Source: an uncultured Verrucomicrobiae bacterium (GTDB taxonomy: Bacteria > Verrucomicrobiota > Verrucomicrobiia > Limisphaerales > BOG-1460). From it: a DNA stretch of 64,000 bases. Shown piece after piece: positions 53,585-61,966 of the stretch. The notes under the pieces are model-generated. The model was not told the origin of the DNA, did no database searches, and worked only from the letters and a program-made list of their open reading frames with translations. Position numbers and translations under genes: made by a program. The stretch spans positions 110,935-174,934 of the forward strand of contig CAVXEG010000015.1 in the NCBI GenBank assembly GCA_963760675.1, written 5' to 3'. The stretch's first letter is position 1. Each line of letters opens with the position of its first letter.

Positions 53585-54514
53585 TTACTGATTCAGCGCT
53601 TCCAAATACCGCTCGGCTTCGATCGCCGCTGCGCAGCCCATTCCGGCGGCAGTGACAGCCTGCCGATAAATGCGGTCCGCGCAGTCGCCCGCGACGAAAA
53701 CGCCGGGAATGTTTGTCGCCGCGCCTTTCTTCGGGATGATGTAACCAAGTTCGTCCATATCGATTGTTCCGCGAAAGAGCTGTGTGTTCGGCGTGTGGCC
53801 AATCGCCACGAACACTCCGGCGCAATCAATCGTGCTTTCGGCATTCGTCTTGAGGTTCTTGAGCCGGACTCCGGTCACCTTGTCCTGCTTCACGTCGAGC
53901 ACTTCCTCGATGACGGAATCCCAGACGGGTTTGATTTTCGGGTGCGCCAGCACGCGTTCGGCCATGATGCGTGATGCGCGCAACGCATCGCGGCGGTGAA
54001 TGAGATGAATCGCGGAACCGAACCGCGTCAGGTAGAGCGCTTCTTCACATGCGGAGTCGCCGCCACCGACAACGACGAGCGTTTTGTTGCGAAAGATCGG
54101 CAACGCGCCGTCACACGTGGCGCAGTACGTCACGCCCTTGTTCTCGAGCAGGTGTTCGCCCTGAACACCGAGATGACGATGGCTGGCGCCGGTAGCGATG
54201 ATCAGCGTTTGCGTTTGCACCGTCTCGCCATCGACGGTCAACAGAATTGGTTTGCCGGAAAGGTCCACGCCCTCCAGCGTGCCGAACTGGATGCGCGCGC
54301 CGAAGCGTTCGGCCTGTTTCTGCATGCGCGTCATCAATTCGTAGCCGTCCACGCCTTCGGGAAAGCCTGGAAAATTCTCGACTGTGCTGGTGGTGGTGAG
54401 CAGGCCTCCGGGCTGTTTGCCGGTCAGAACGAGTGGTTTCAGATTGGCGCGCGCGGTGTAGAGCGCGGCGGTCAAGCCCGCGCAACCCGTGCCGATGATG
54501 ACAACTTTTTCCAT
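53585..54514 (-). CDS. trxB: thioredoxin-disulfide reductase
   Basis: VVIIGTGCAGLTAALY, redox-active CATCDG, VVGGGDSACEEA, GVFVAGD. Confidence 0.9.
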   Translation of the reverse strand: MEKVVIIGTGCAGLTAALYTARANLKPLVLTGKQPGGLLTTTSTVENFPGFPEGVDGYELMTRMQKQAERFGARIQFGTLEGVDLSGKPILLTVDGETVQTQTLIIATGASHRHLGVQGEHLLENKGVTYCATCDGALPIFRNKTLVVVGGGDSACEEALYLTRFGSAIHLIHRRDALRASRIMAERVLAHPKIKPVWDSVIEEVLDVKQDKVTGVRLKNLKTNAESTIDCAGVFVAIGHTPNTQLFRGTIDMDELGYIIPKKGAATNIPGVFVAGDCADRIYRQAVTAAGMGCAAAIEAERYLEALNQ

Positions 54515-54730
54515 AGTCGGACGCGAAAGTAGTTTTGAAACCCGGCGTTGGCAAGTTTCGTGCCGCGGGCAGGAAACTGGCGTACGAGGCGTCCGCCAGA
54601 ACTCGTCAGGCGCGCGCAACTCGATTCAGTCCAAAAATCCGGGTGACGTTTTCTTGATCCGAACTTGTTGGCAAGTTGCTGCCGAGAACAGCCAGGTTGG
54701 TCTTCCATCCAGACAACTGAACCGCTGTCG

Positions 54731-55096
54731 CTAAGAGCCCCCGTTGCGGCGCTTGCGCCAGCGGCTTAATCGAAGAAAGAACATTCCGAAGAAGAACGCA
54801 CCACAGATGTTCACGCCAAGCGTGTAACCGAGTTTGTAAGTCAACCCGGTATTGTGCTGCGCGTAGATCACGACATCGTTACCCACGAGCAGATTTGGCC
54901 ATGCTGCGGGCATGAGTGCGCCCTGCAACAGGCCCTGAAAGAATCCAGCCTGACGATGGCTGCGGTCCAAGGCGGCGGAGAGTTGGTGCATCAACCATCC
55001 AACCACGAACATGGCCGCGAGCACCAACAGGATGCGCAACACGATTCTGCACACCGTTGCTGCAGGTGCCGAGACTTTGGCTTGAGTGGCGGACAT
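54731..55096 (-). CDS. hypothetical small membrane protein
   Basis: 121 aa with three hydrophobic segments. Divergent from the methyltransferase gene. Confidence 0.4.
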   Translation of the reverse strand: MSATQAKVSAPAATVCRIVLRILLVLAAMFVVGWLMHQLSAALDRSHRQAGFFQGLLQGALMPAAWPNLLVGNDVVIYAQHNTGLTYKLGYTLGVNICGAFFFGMFFLRLSRWRKRRNGGS

Positions 55097-55116
55097 CGTT
55101 TCCGTACAGCAAGAGC

Positions 55117-55812
55117 ATGTTTTTGAGCCGCCGCTCCACGCAAGCAGAATATTTTGACGCGCTGGATCGGGCCGAGGCGGAAATCATCGAATCCTACGAA
55201 TCGCTCGCAAGCATTAACCGGCTGTTTCTGTTCGCCGAACCGTTTCAGCGATTCGTGCCCAGACTTCTCGGACAGGGCCATTGCCGATCGCTTTCCATCC
55301 TTGACCTCGGCGCTGGAGATGGTTCGCTTGGAACGTTGCTTGCGGATTGGGCGGTGAACCAACATGGCTGGGTCTGGCAATTCACCAATCTCGATGCCAA
55401 TCCATCAGCGCTCCGTCGTGCTCGAGGCGAAACCAACATCGTCGGATCCGCACTCGCCCTGCCCTTTCGTGATACAAGCTTTGACCTGGTCATCTCTTCG
55501 CAAATGACGCACCACCTCACCAGCGATGAGAAAATCACTCGGCATTTTCGTGAAGCATGGAGAGTCGCACGCAAGGGAATTCTGTTTACCGACCTTCATC
55601 GCAATGTGTTTCTCTACGGCGCGCTCGATTTGTTTTTTCGGCTGCGGCGTTATCCAAAACATTTTCGTGATGACGCCTTACTGTCGGTCAGGCGCGGTTT
55701 CCGGATTGGCGAATTGCGCAGGCTGGCGGAACAGGCGGGCCTGACGGACGCCCGCGCTTGGCTTTATTTCGGCGCCCGGACAATTCTTGAGGCGAGGAAA
55801 TCCGGAACGTGA
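55117..55812 (+). CDS. class I SAM-dependent methyltransferase
   Basis: Motif I ILDLGAGDGSLG, with post-I and motif II (FDLVISSQMTHHL). Confidence 0.7.
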   Translation: MFLSRRSTQAEYFDALDRAEAEIIESYESLASINRLFLFAEPFQRFVPRLLGQGHCRSLSILDLGAGDGSLGTLLADWAVNQHGWVWQFTNLDANPSALRRARGETNIVGSALALPFRDTSFDLVISSQMTHHLTSDEKITRHFREAWRVARKGILFTDLHRNVFLYGALDLFFRLRRYPKHFRDDALLSVRRGFRIGELRRLAEQAGLTDARAWLYFGARTILEARKSGT

Positions 55813-56519
55813 CTTTGTGCCGTTTTCGGCGATAGACGGTCCGACTTCGCACCGCGTCGAGCGCGCAACCACCAATCGAACCAGCGTACCGTATCCTTGA
55901 ACGGGCGAATTTTGCTCCGCTCGTTGTTGTAAAGCACGCGAATGGGGACAAATTGAATTCCGAGTCCCGCGCGCGCAAAGGCGAGCAGCACTTCAGATTC
56001 AATCTGGAAATGCATTGCTGCGATTTCCAGTTGCGCCCATGCGTTCAAGTTCATGAGACGAAAGCCGCATTGGGAATCCGGAAGCGAGCAGCCGGCGAGA
56101 TTGGAGATTGATTTGCTCATCCAGCGATTCACAAACCGGCGAATCCGTGGTATTGACTCTGCGTCGTTCATCCGGTTTCCAACAACCAAATCGGTGCCGC
56201 GCCTCATGTTGTTCAGGAAAGCTGGAATATCCTCGGGCGAATGCTGGCCATCGCCGTCGAGTGAGAGCGCCCACTTAACACCGTGTTCATGGAGCCAACG
56301 CCAGCCGCTGATGAGCGCCGCCGCTTTGCCTTGCGGAGACGAGTGTTGAATAACTTCTGCGCCACGGGCTTTGGCGAGGGCAGCCGTGGCGTCAGTCGAG
56401 CCGTCGTCCACGACCAAAACCGTCAGCGCGTACCGCCGAATTGAGGCGACGAGATCCGATATCGTCGCAGCTTCGTCCAGGCAAGGGACGACTGCGGCAC
56501 AGTCGGCATCGGAAATCAT
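55764..56519 (-). CDS. family 2 glycosyltransferase
   Basis: AAVVPCLDEAATI, VLVVDDGSTD, LDGDGQH (DXD). Its 3' end overlaps the convergent methyltransferase gene by ~49 nt. Confidence 0.75.
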   Translation of the reverse strand: MISDADCAAVVPCLDEAATISDLVASIRRYALTVLVVDDGSTDATAALAKARGAEVIQHSSPQGKAAALISGWRWLHEHGVKWALSLDGDGQHSPEDIPAFLNNMRRGTDLVVGNRMNDAESIPRIRRFVNRWMSKSISNLAGCSLPDSQCGFRLMNLNAWAQLEIAAMHFQIESEVLLAFARAGLGIQFVPIRVLYNNERSKIRPFKDTVRWFDWWLRARRGAKSDRLSPKTAQSHVPDFLASRIVRAPK

Positions 56520-56647
56520 GACGCTGAGATTAGAAATGGCCCGATAGGAACCAAGCTTTTTCTGGAGTTTTGGGGTTTTCACCCCTGAAACGCACCGCGA
56601 AATTGATTTGCGCTACTGCCAATGTCCGTTCTATTTTTCCCGAATCA

Positions 56648-57688
56648 ATGACTGACCGCTTCACGCCGTCCGCCGAATTGCTTCGTTTGCGCGGAGAGCC
56701 GCAGAGGAACTTCCACGAAAGAGCCGCCGAGGCAGCAAAAGCCCGATTTGGCCAGAACGTATTTGTTCGCGCTGTGGTGGAAATCTCCAATTACTGCCGT
56801 GAGAATTGCTCCTACTGCGGCATGCGCCGGGATAATCGCAGCCTTTCCCGTTTTCGCGCGAATTGGGAAGAATTGGCCGAGCTCATCATATCTCATCGCC
56901 CTCCCAGCGTCACCGACGTGAACATTCAAGCCGGGGAGGATCCAATCGCAGTGCGGGAAGTCGTGCTGCCGCTCATTCGCTCGTTGCGACGCGAAACAGG
57001 ATTGGGAATCAGCGTCTGCCTCGGCTCATTGAGCACGGCACTTTACTCAGAATTAAGGGAAGCTGGAGCGAGCATTTACATATTGAAATTTGAAATCGCC
57101 AATCCGTCGCGTTACTCGGAATTTTGCGCGCCGGGAAAATTTGAAGAACGAATCGGAAACATCCGGCATCTGGCTGAAACAGGTTGGCGCGTAAGTTCTG
57201 GTTTTATCGCAGGATTGCCGGGACAAACTGAAAGTGACCTGCTCGAAAATCTTGTGCTGGCTCGCGAACTGCCGCTCGATGGTTGCAGCGTCAGCCCGTT
57301 CATTCCCGGCGACGAAACTCCTCTGGCCATGGCGCCCATGGCGGACATCGATGTGACGCTCAATTGCATGGCCACGCTGCGCCTGATGCAGCCCGACTGG
57401 GTCATCCCCTCAGTAAGCGCGTTGAACCTTGCGGAACCCGGAGCGGGCTATCGTCGCGGACTTCAAACTGGCGCGAACCTTGTCACCATCAACCTGACTC
57501 CACCGGACATCCGAACCAATTACGTCCTCTACAAACGCAATCGATTCATCATGACCGAGGAACGGATTCTCACTGCGATTACCGCCGAAGGGCGCGTTCC
57601 TTCGAAACAAAGCCTGGCGGAATTCTGGCGCAACAAGAAGCTCAACGGCGCGCACGTCGCGGCCGCGCAGGAGCCAGTCCGCGCCTGA
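56648..57688 (+). CDS. radical SAM enzyme, HydE/BioB-like
   Basis: The CX3CX2C motif in EISNYCRENCSYCGMRRDN, QAGEDP, GFIAGLPGQT and SPFIPGDETPLA are collinear with HydE as I remember it. Confidence 0.75.
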   Translation: MTDRFTPSAELLRLRGEPQRNFHERAAEAAKARFGQNVFVRAVVEISNYCRENCSYCGMRRDNRSLSRFRANWEELAELIISHRPPSVTDVNIQAGEDPIAVREVVLPLIRSLRRETGLGISVCLGSLSTALYSELREAGASIYILKFEIANPSRYSEFCAPGKFEERIGNIRHLAETGWRVSSGFIAGLPGQTESDLLENLVLARELPLDGCSVSPFIPGDETPLAMAPMADIDVTLNCMATLRLMQPDWVIPSVSALNLAEPGAGYRRGLQTGANLVTINLTPPDIRTNYVLYKRNRFIMTEERILTAITAEGRVPSKQSLAEFWRNKKLNGAHVAAAQEPVRA

Positions 57689-57706
57689 GCACGTCCCCTC
57701 CTGACA

Positions 57707-58054
57707 ATGTTTCGGCTCTCTGTAATCGGGTTTCTGATTGCGCTTGTCCAAAGCGCAACTGCTGCCGCATACGAAGCCACCAACCTCTGGGAAGATAACG
57801 TCGGTTACTACTACAGCGAGTCATCGCCGGCCGTGAATTCCGATGGGACGATCTATGTCGGAACATGGGACTGCAAATTTCTTTCGATCAGCTCCAATGG
57901 CTTGATTAATTGGAGTTACTCGACGGACGCTGACATCAGGTCGTCTCCGGCAATTGCTGCCGATGGGACCATTTACTTTGGCTGTCGCGACCGGCGGTTT
58001 TATGCGCTAACCGTCAAAGGAAAACTGAAATGGTCGATCACAACCGGCGGCTGA
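57707..58054 (+). pseudogene. PQQ-like beta-propeller repeat protein, truncated after ~2 blades at the junction
   Basis: Signal peptide plus the repeats SPAVNSDGTIYVG / [14 protein letters not shown] / KGKLKWS. The stop arises exactly where the foreign recD2 sequence begins. Confidence 0.55.
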
Positions 58055-58917
58055 GAGCCGTGCCCGACAAGAAGGCGGCGCTCTTGATCGTTGGTGACAT
58101 CGACCAGTTGCCATCGGTTGGGCCCGGGCAGGTGCTGGCGAAGGTCATCTCATCCGGCGCCGTGCCGGTGGTGCGCCTAACTGAGGTTTTCCGTCAGGCC
58201 GCGCAAAGCCGCATCATCACCAGCGCCCATCGGATCAATCAGGGTTCGATTCCTGATCTCCGTCCGCCCGCAGAGGACAGCGACTTCTACTTTGTGGAAG
58301 CGGAGAAAATCCCGAAGTCGCCGTGCCGCGTATTCTCGATCTGGTCAAGACACGGATTCCGAAGCGCTTCGGCTTCGATCCGATCCGCGACATCCAAGTG
58401 CTGTGTCCGATGAACCGTGGTGGTGTTGGCGCCCGCTCCCTCAATGTCGAACTGCAGGCCATATTGAACCCCGCCGGCGATCGCAAGGTCGAGCGCTTCG
58501 GTTGACGTCGCGCCCGGCGACAAGGTCATGCAGATCGAGAACGACTACGACAAGGAGGTCTATAACGGCGACATCGGCTACATCGATGACGTCAATCCTG
58601 ACGATGGCGAACTAACCGCGAGCTTTGATGGCCGGACCGTCACCTACGGGTTTGGCGAAGTTGACACCCCTGGTGCCGGCCTATGCCGCAACCATTCATA
58701 AGAGCCAGGGCTGCGAATACCCCCGCGTGCATAATACCCGTGATGACGCAGCATTACCCGATGCTGCAGCGAAACCTGCTCTACACCGGCGTCACGCGCG
58801 GCAAGAAGTTGGTCGTGCTGGTCGGGCGAGAAGAAAGCCGTCGCGATCGCCGTCCGGAACGTTTCAGGGCGACGGCGATGGTCGAAGCTGCAGGAGTGGC
58901 TGACGAAAAATCGATAA
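58050..58917 (+). pseudogene. recD2: RecD2-type helicase, 3' portion only, several frameshifts
   Basis: [75 protein letters not shown]. The N-terminal half is absent. The stop is at 58915-58917 after ...LQEWLTKNR. Confidence 0.7.
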
Positions 58918-59140
58918 ATCCGTGTCCGCTTTTCGGGTGCTGCGGAAGTCCAAGGCTGAATTGCCTCGGCGACTTCTGTCGCAAGTGACCCAAAGGCGAC
59001 GTGGGGCGGATGCAAAATGACCAACTACTGAGAGCGCGCAAAATCGCCACTCTGTTGCCCCCGAGAGACAGGCATCGGGCGTTCAGCATGGTATAGTGCC
59101 CAGGCTTTAAAGTCTGCTCCGGAGGTCGCACACGCCCAGA

Positions 59141-59982
59141 TCATAGCTTTCTCAACATGAGCCTTATGGACGCGAGACGCAGGAACGCGAGCGCCCTTCG
59201 ATTGAGATTTTCCCAATCCTTTGCGAGCCGTCTGCAACGCCCGAGCCATGCGAAGGTTCTTTCGACGACCCAGCGTTTTGGCAAGACGACAAAGCCTTTA
59301 GCTTGATCCGAGCGCTTGACGATTTCGACGTTCACGCGTGCCAGTATTTTCGTGACGGCGTCGCGGAACACCGGGCCTTGATAGCCGCCATCGGCGTAGA
59401 GTTTCAGCAAGAACGGATACAGGCCGAACATGGTCGCCATGACCAGTGCACCGCCATCGCGGTCCTGGATATCGGCGGCGTGCACGATGGCATGGATCAG
59501 CAGGCCTTGCGTGTCGACGAGAATATGCCGCTTCTTGCCCTTGATCTTCTTTCCCGCGTCGTAACCCGGCGGATCAATCGAGACCCCCCTTTTTCAGCGC
59601 TCTTCACGCTCTGGCTGTCGATCACCGCGGCAGTGGGACTCGCTTCTTTTGCAACGGCCTCGCGGCATTTCACATAGAGCTCGTGATGGATCAGATCGAG
59701 CGTGCCATCCCAACTCCATAGGTCGAAATAATCGTACAAGGTCGAGCGCGGCGGCAAGTCCTTCGGGATGGCCCGCCACTGACAGCCAGTCGACAGAATG
59801 TACATGAGGCCGTTCACCACCTCACGCATGATCACCGTGCGCTTGTCGCCGCCGCGCTTGCCCGGAGGGATCAAGGGCTCAACCAGACTCCATTCGTCGT
59901 CCGTCAAATCACTGGGATAGCGCAATCGGCTCCGGTCATAACGTCCGCGATTTTCGTTCGTCCACATCGGCGGCCCCTCCAA
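59141..59982 (-). CDS. IS5-family transposase in two overlapping frames (orfA 59497..59982, orfB 59141..~59590)
   Basis: LTDDEWSLVEPLIPP...STGCQWRAIP (DUF4096). YDAGKKIKGKKRHILVDTQG, YADGGYQG, VVERTFAWLGRCRRLAKDWE (DDE). orfB is in the -1 frame relative to orfA. Confidence 0.8.
59585..59595 (-). promoter_or_regulatory. possible -1 frameshift site (A5G6 on the coding strand) between transposase orfA and orfB
   Basis: The coding strand reads GCTGAAAAAGGGGGGTCTC exactly at the orfA/orfB overlap. In this error-prone region I cannot tell programmed slippage from a homopolymer length error. Confidence 0.3.
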
Positions 59983-60895
59983 ATCAGGCCGCCACCCTTA
60001 AATCACAAATAATTCATACGATTCAAGAACTCACCGGACAGACACTTAGGAGTGGGAAGACATGCGAAGTATTTTGGGGGCAAGTCTCGGTGCTGCACTT
60101 TTTTCCTCTGCCGCCATGGCTGCACCGCTTTACGTTTCTCCACCGCCCACCTGGACGGGGTTCTACGTCGGCGGCAATATCAGTCGGCTATAGCTGGGGC
60201 GAAGCTCACACCGATATTGCGGCCGACGTAGAACCCGTAGGTGGGCGGTGGAGAAGCGGTGCAGCCATGGCGGCAGAGGAAAAAAGTGGGCCAAAATACT
60301 TCGCATGTCTTCCACGCCTCAGTGTCTGTCCGGTGAGTTCTTGAATCGTATGATCCATTTGTAATTGCGAGGGTGGCGGCCTGAATTCGGAGGGGCCGCC
60401 GATGTGGACGAACGAAAATCGCGATTATCCCAGTGATTTGACGGACGACGAATGGAGTCTGGTTGAGCCCTTGATCCCTCCGGCAAGCGCGGCGGCGACA
60501 AGCGCACGGTGATGTGGTGCCGTTGAGGTTGTCGCCGCCGCGCTTGCCGGAGGGATCAAGGGCTCAACCAATTCCATTCGTCGTCCGTCAAATCACTGGG
60601 ATAGCGCAATCGGCTCCGGTCATAACGTCCGCGATTTTCGTTCGTCCACATCGGCGGCCCCTCCAAATCAGGCCGCCACCCTTAAATCACAAATAATTCA
60701 TAGAATTCAAGAACTCACCGGACAGACACTGAGGCGTGGGGGGAGAGACGTGAAGTATTTTGGGGGCAAGTCTCGGTGCTGCACTTTTTTCCTCTGCCGC
60801 CATGGCTGCACCGCTTTACGTTTCTCCACCGCCACCTGGACGGGGTTCTACGTCGGCGGCAATATCGGCTATAGCTGGGGCGAAGCTCACACCGA
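59828..60895. repeat. fold-back triplication (direct ~59828-60208, inverted ~60209-60512, direct ~60513-60895) of IS left end plus porin 5' end
   Basis: The same ~380-nt unit occurs three times in forward, reverse and forward orientation: the transposase 5' codons MWTNENR..., the IS terminus, and the porin start MRSILGASLGAALFSSAAMAAPLYVSPP. The inverted copy carries many small deletions and substitutions. Confidence 0.85.
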
Positions 60896-61625
60896 TGTGC
60901 GGGGATCGGGACCGCCACGAGTTCCTTGGCACTGCATACCCAACGAACTTCACCTTTGCCGGATCGAATTCATTCAGTTAAACGGGGCAATTGGTGGGGG
61001 CCAAATTGGGTACAATTTTCAACTGAACCGGAACTGGGTGGTGGGTATCGAAACCGACATTCAGGCCTCAGCTGAACGCGGAACCGGTTCATTTGTAAAC
61101 TCGTTCTCGACCCGTTCTGCACAGGGGCTGAAGCGACTTGTTTCTCAATCCAACCGCTCACCGGCACAGCGCTGACCAGCTATGAGGCCAAGATTGGCTG
61201 GTTCGGGACGCTTCGCGGTCGAGTGGGGTTCTTGCTAACTGATCATTTCTTAATCTATGGGACTGGCGGCCTAGCTTACGGGAATGTCCAGCTTTCGGGC
61301 GCAACTAATACCAACGCCACCACATTCGACATTTCTTGGCCTTCCCCTTCCCTTCGGTTCCAATGCAACAGCATTCAGTGTCTCTAGACGAATGTCGGGT
61401 ATTCAGTAGGCGTGGGTGCTGAGGGGTCTATTTGGCTTCCTCCGAGGTGGAGGTGGAAAGTAGAATATCTCTTTTAGACCTTGGGTCACTTGACGCTGCG
61501 CCAGCCTTCACGCTCGCCAGTCGCCTGGCTCCTTTTTCGCCTGTTACAGGCTCCATTGCGACGCATGCGCACTTCACCGACCAAATCCTGCGTATCGGTT
61601 TAAACTACGCATTTTGGGGCAATAA
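60750..61625 (+). pseudogene. outer-membrane beta-barrel porin (Omp25/RopB-like, Bradyrhizobiaceae type), multiple frameshifts
   Basis: WTGFYVGGNIGYSWGEAHTD, GAIGGGQIGYNFQLNRNWVVGIETDIQAS, SYEAKIGWFGTLRGRVGF, IYGTGGLAYGN, WKVEYL, HFTDQILRIGLNYAF. These are spread over 3 frames. The intact start codon is seen in the first repeat copy at 60062. The 3' end is approximate. Confidence 0.6.
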
Positions 61626-61751
61626 AGGGCTGCCGGCGGCGGCGACCATCGCTAAGTTCCGGACCTCGACGGTCCACCGAATACAATTATCGGGCGCGAG
61701 GTCTTCGACGCTGCGTCGTCACGCCCGGCCGCCTACCGCGAACGTCCGGAA

Positions 61752-61838
61752 GTGGCACTCCTCGCCAATTCGCCGCGCTGCAACGTGTCGTCTGCAGCTG
61801 AGGGCAGACCCGCCGTCATCGGCGTGACAGCGTGACGG
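61752..61838 (+). repeat. dispersed ~85-nt repeat, copy 1
   Basis: TGGCACTCCTCGCCAATTCGCCGCGCTGCAACG..GCAGCTGAGGGCAGACC matches 63814-63900 at roughly 80 percent identity by eye, in the same orientation. Confidence 0.7.
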
Positions 61839-61966
61839 GTTAGGATGAGCCGACCTCGCCTGCACGCCTACGGTTTCGACCACAAACGGCGACCGTGCGG
61901 CGTTTCACGACCGACGGGCTGAGCCAAGCCTCATACCGCGCCCACGCGCGACGGCGGCGCCATCAA

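Larger units (their letters stand above)
59110..60048 (-). mobile_element. IS5-family insertion sequence (DUF4096 + DDE_Tnp_1_2 type, IS427-like)
   Basis: Transposase at 59141..59982. Imperfect terminal inverted repeats AGTCTGCTCCGGAGGTC (~59110) and GAACTCACCGGACAGACACT (ends ~60048). The ends are approximate. Confidence 0.65.

Noticed and set aside
59585-59595. Confident call of programmed -1 ribosomal frameshifting in the IS5 transposase.
   Set aside because: The A5G6 motif sits exactly at the frame change and fits IS427-like elements. However, the surrounding 6 kb is full of homopolymer indels, so a simple G-run miscall of a single-ORF transposase cannot be excluded. It is reported only at low confidence.
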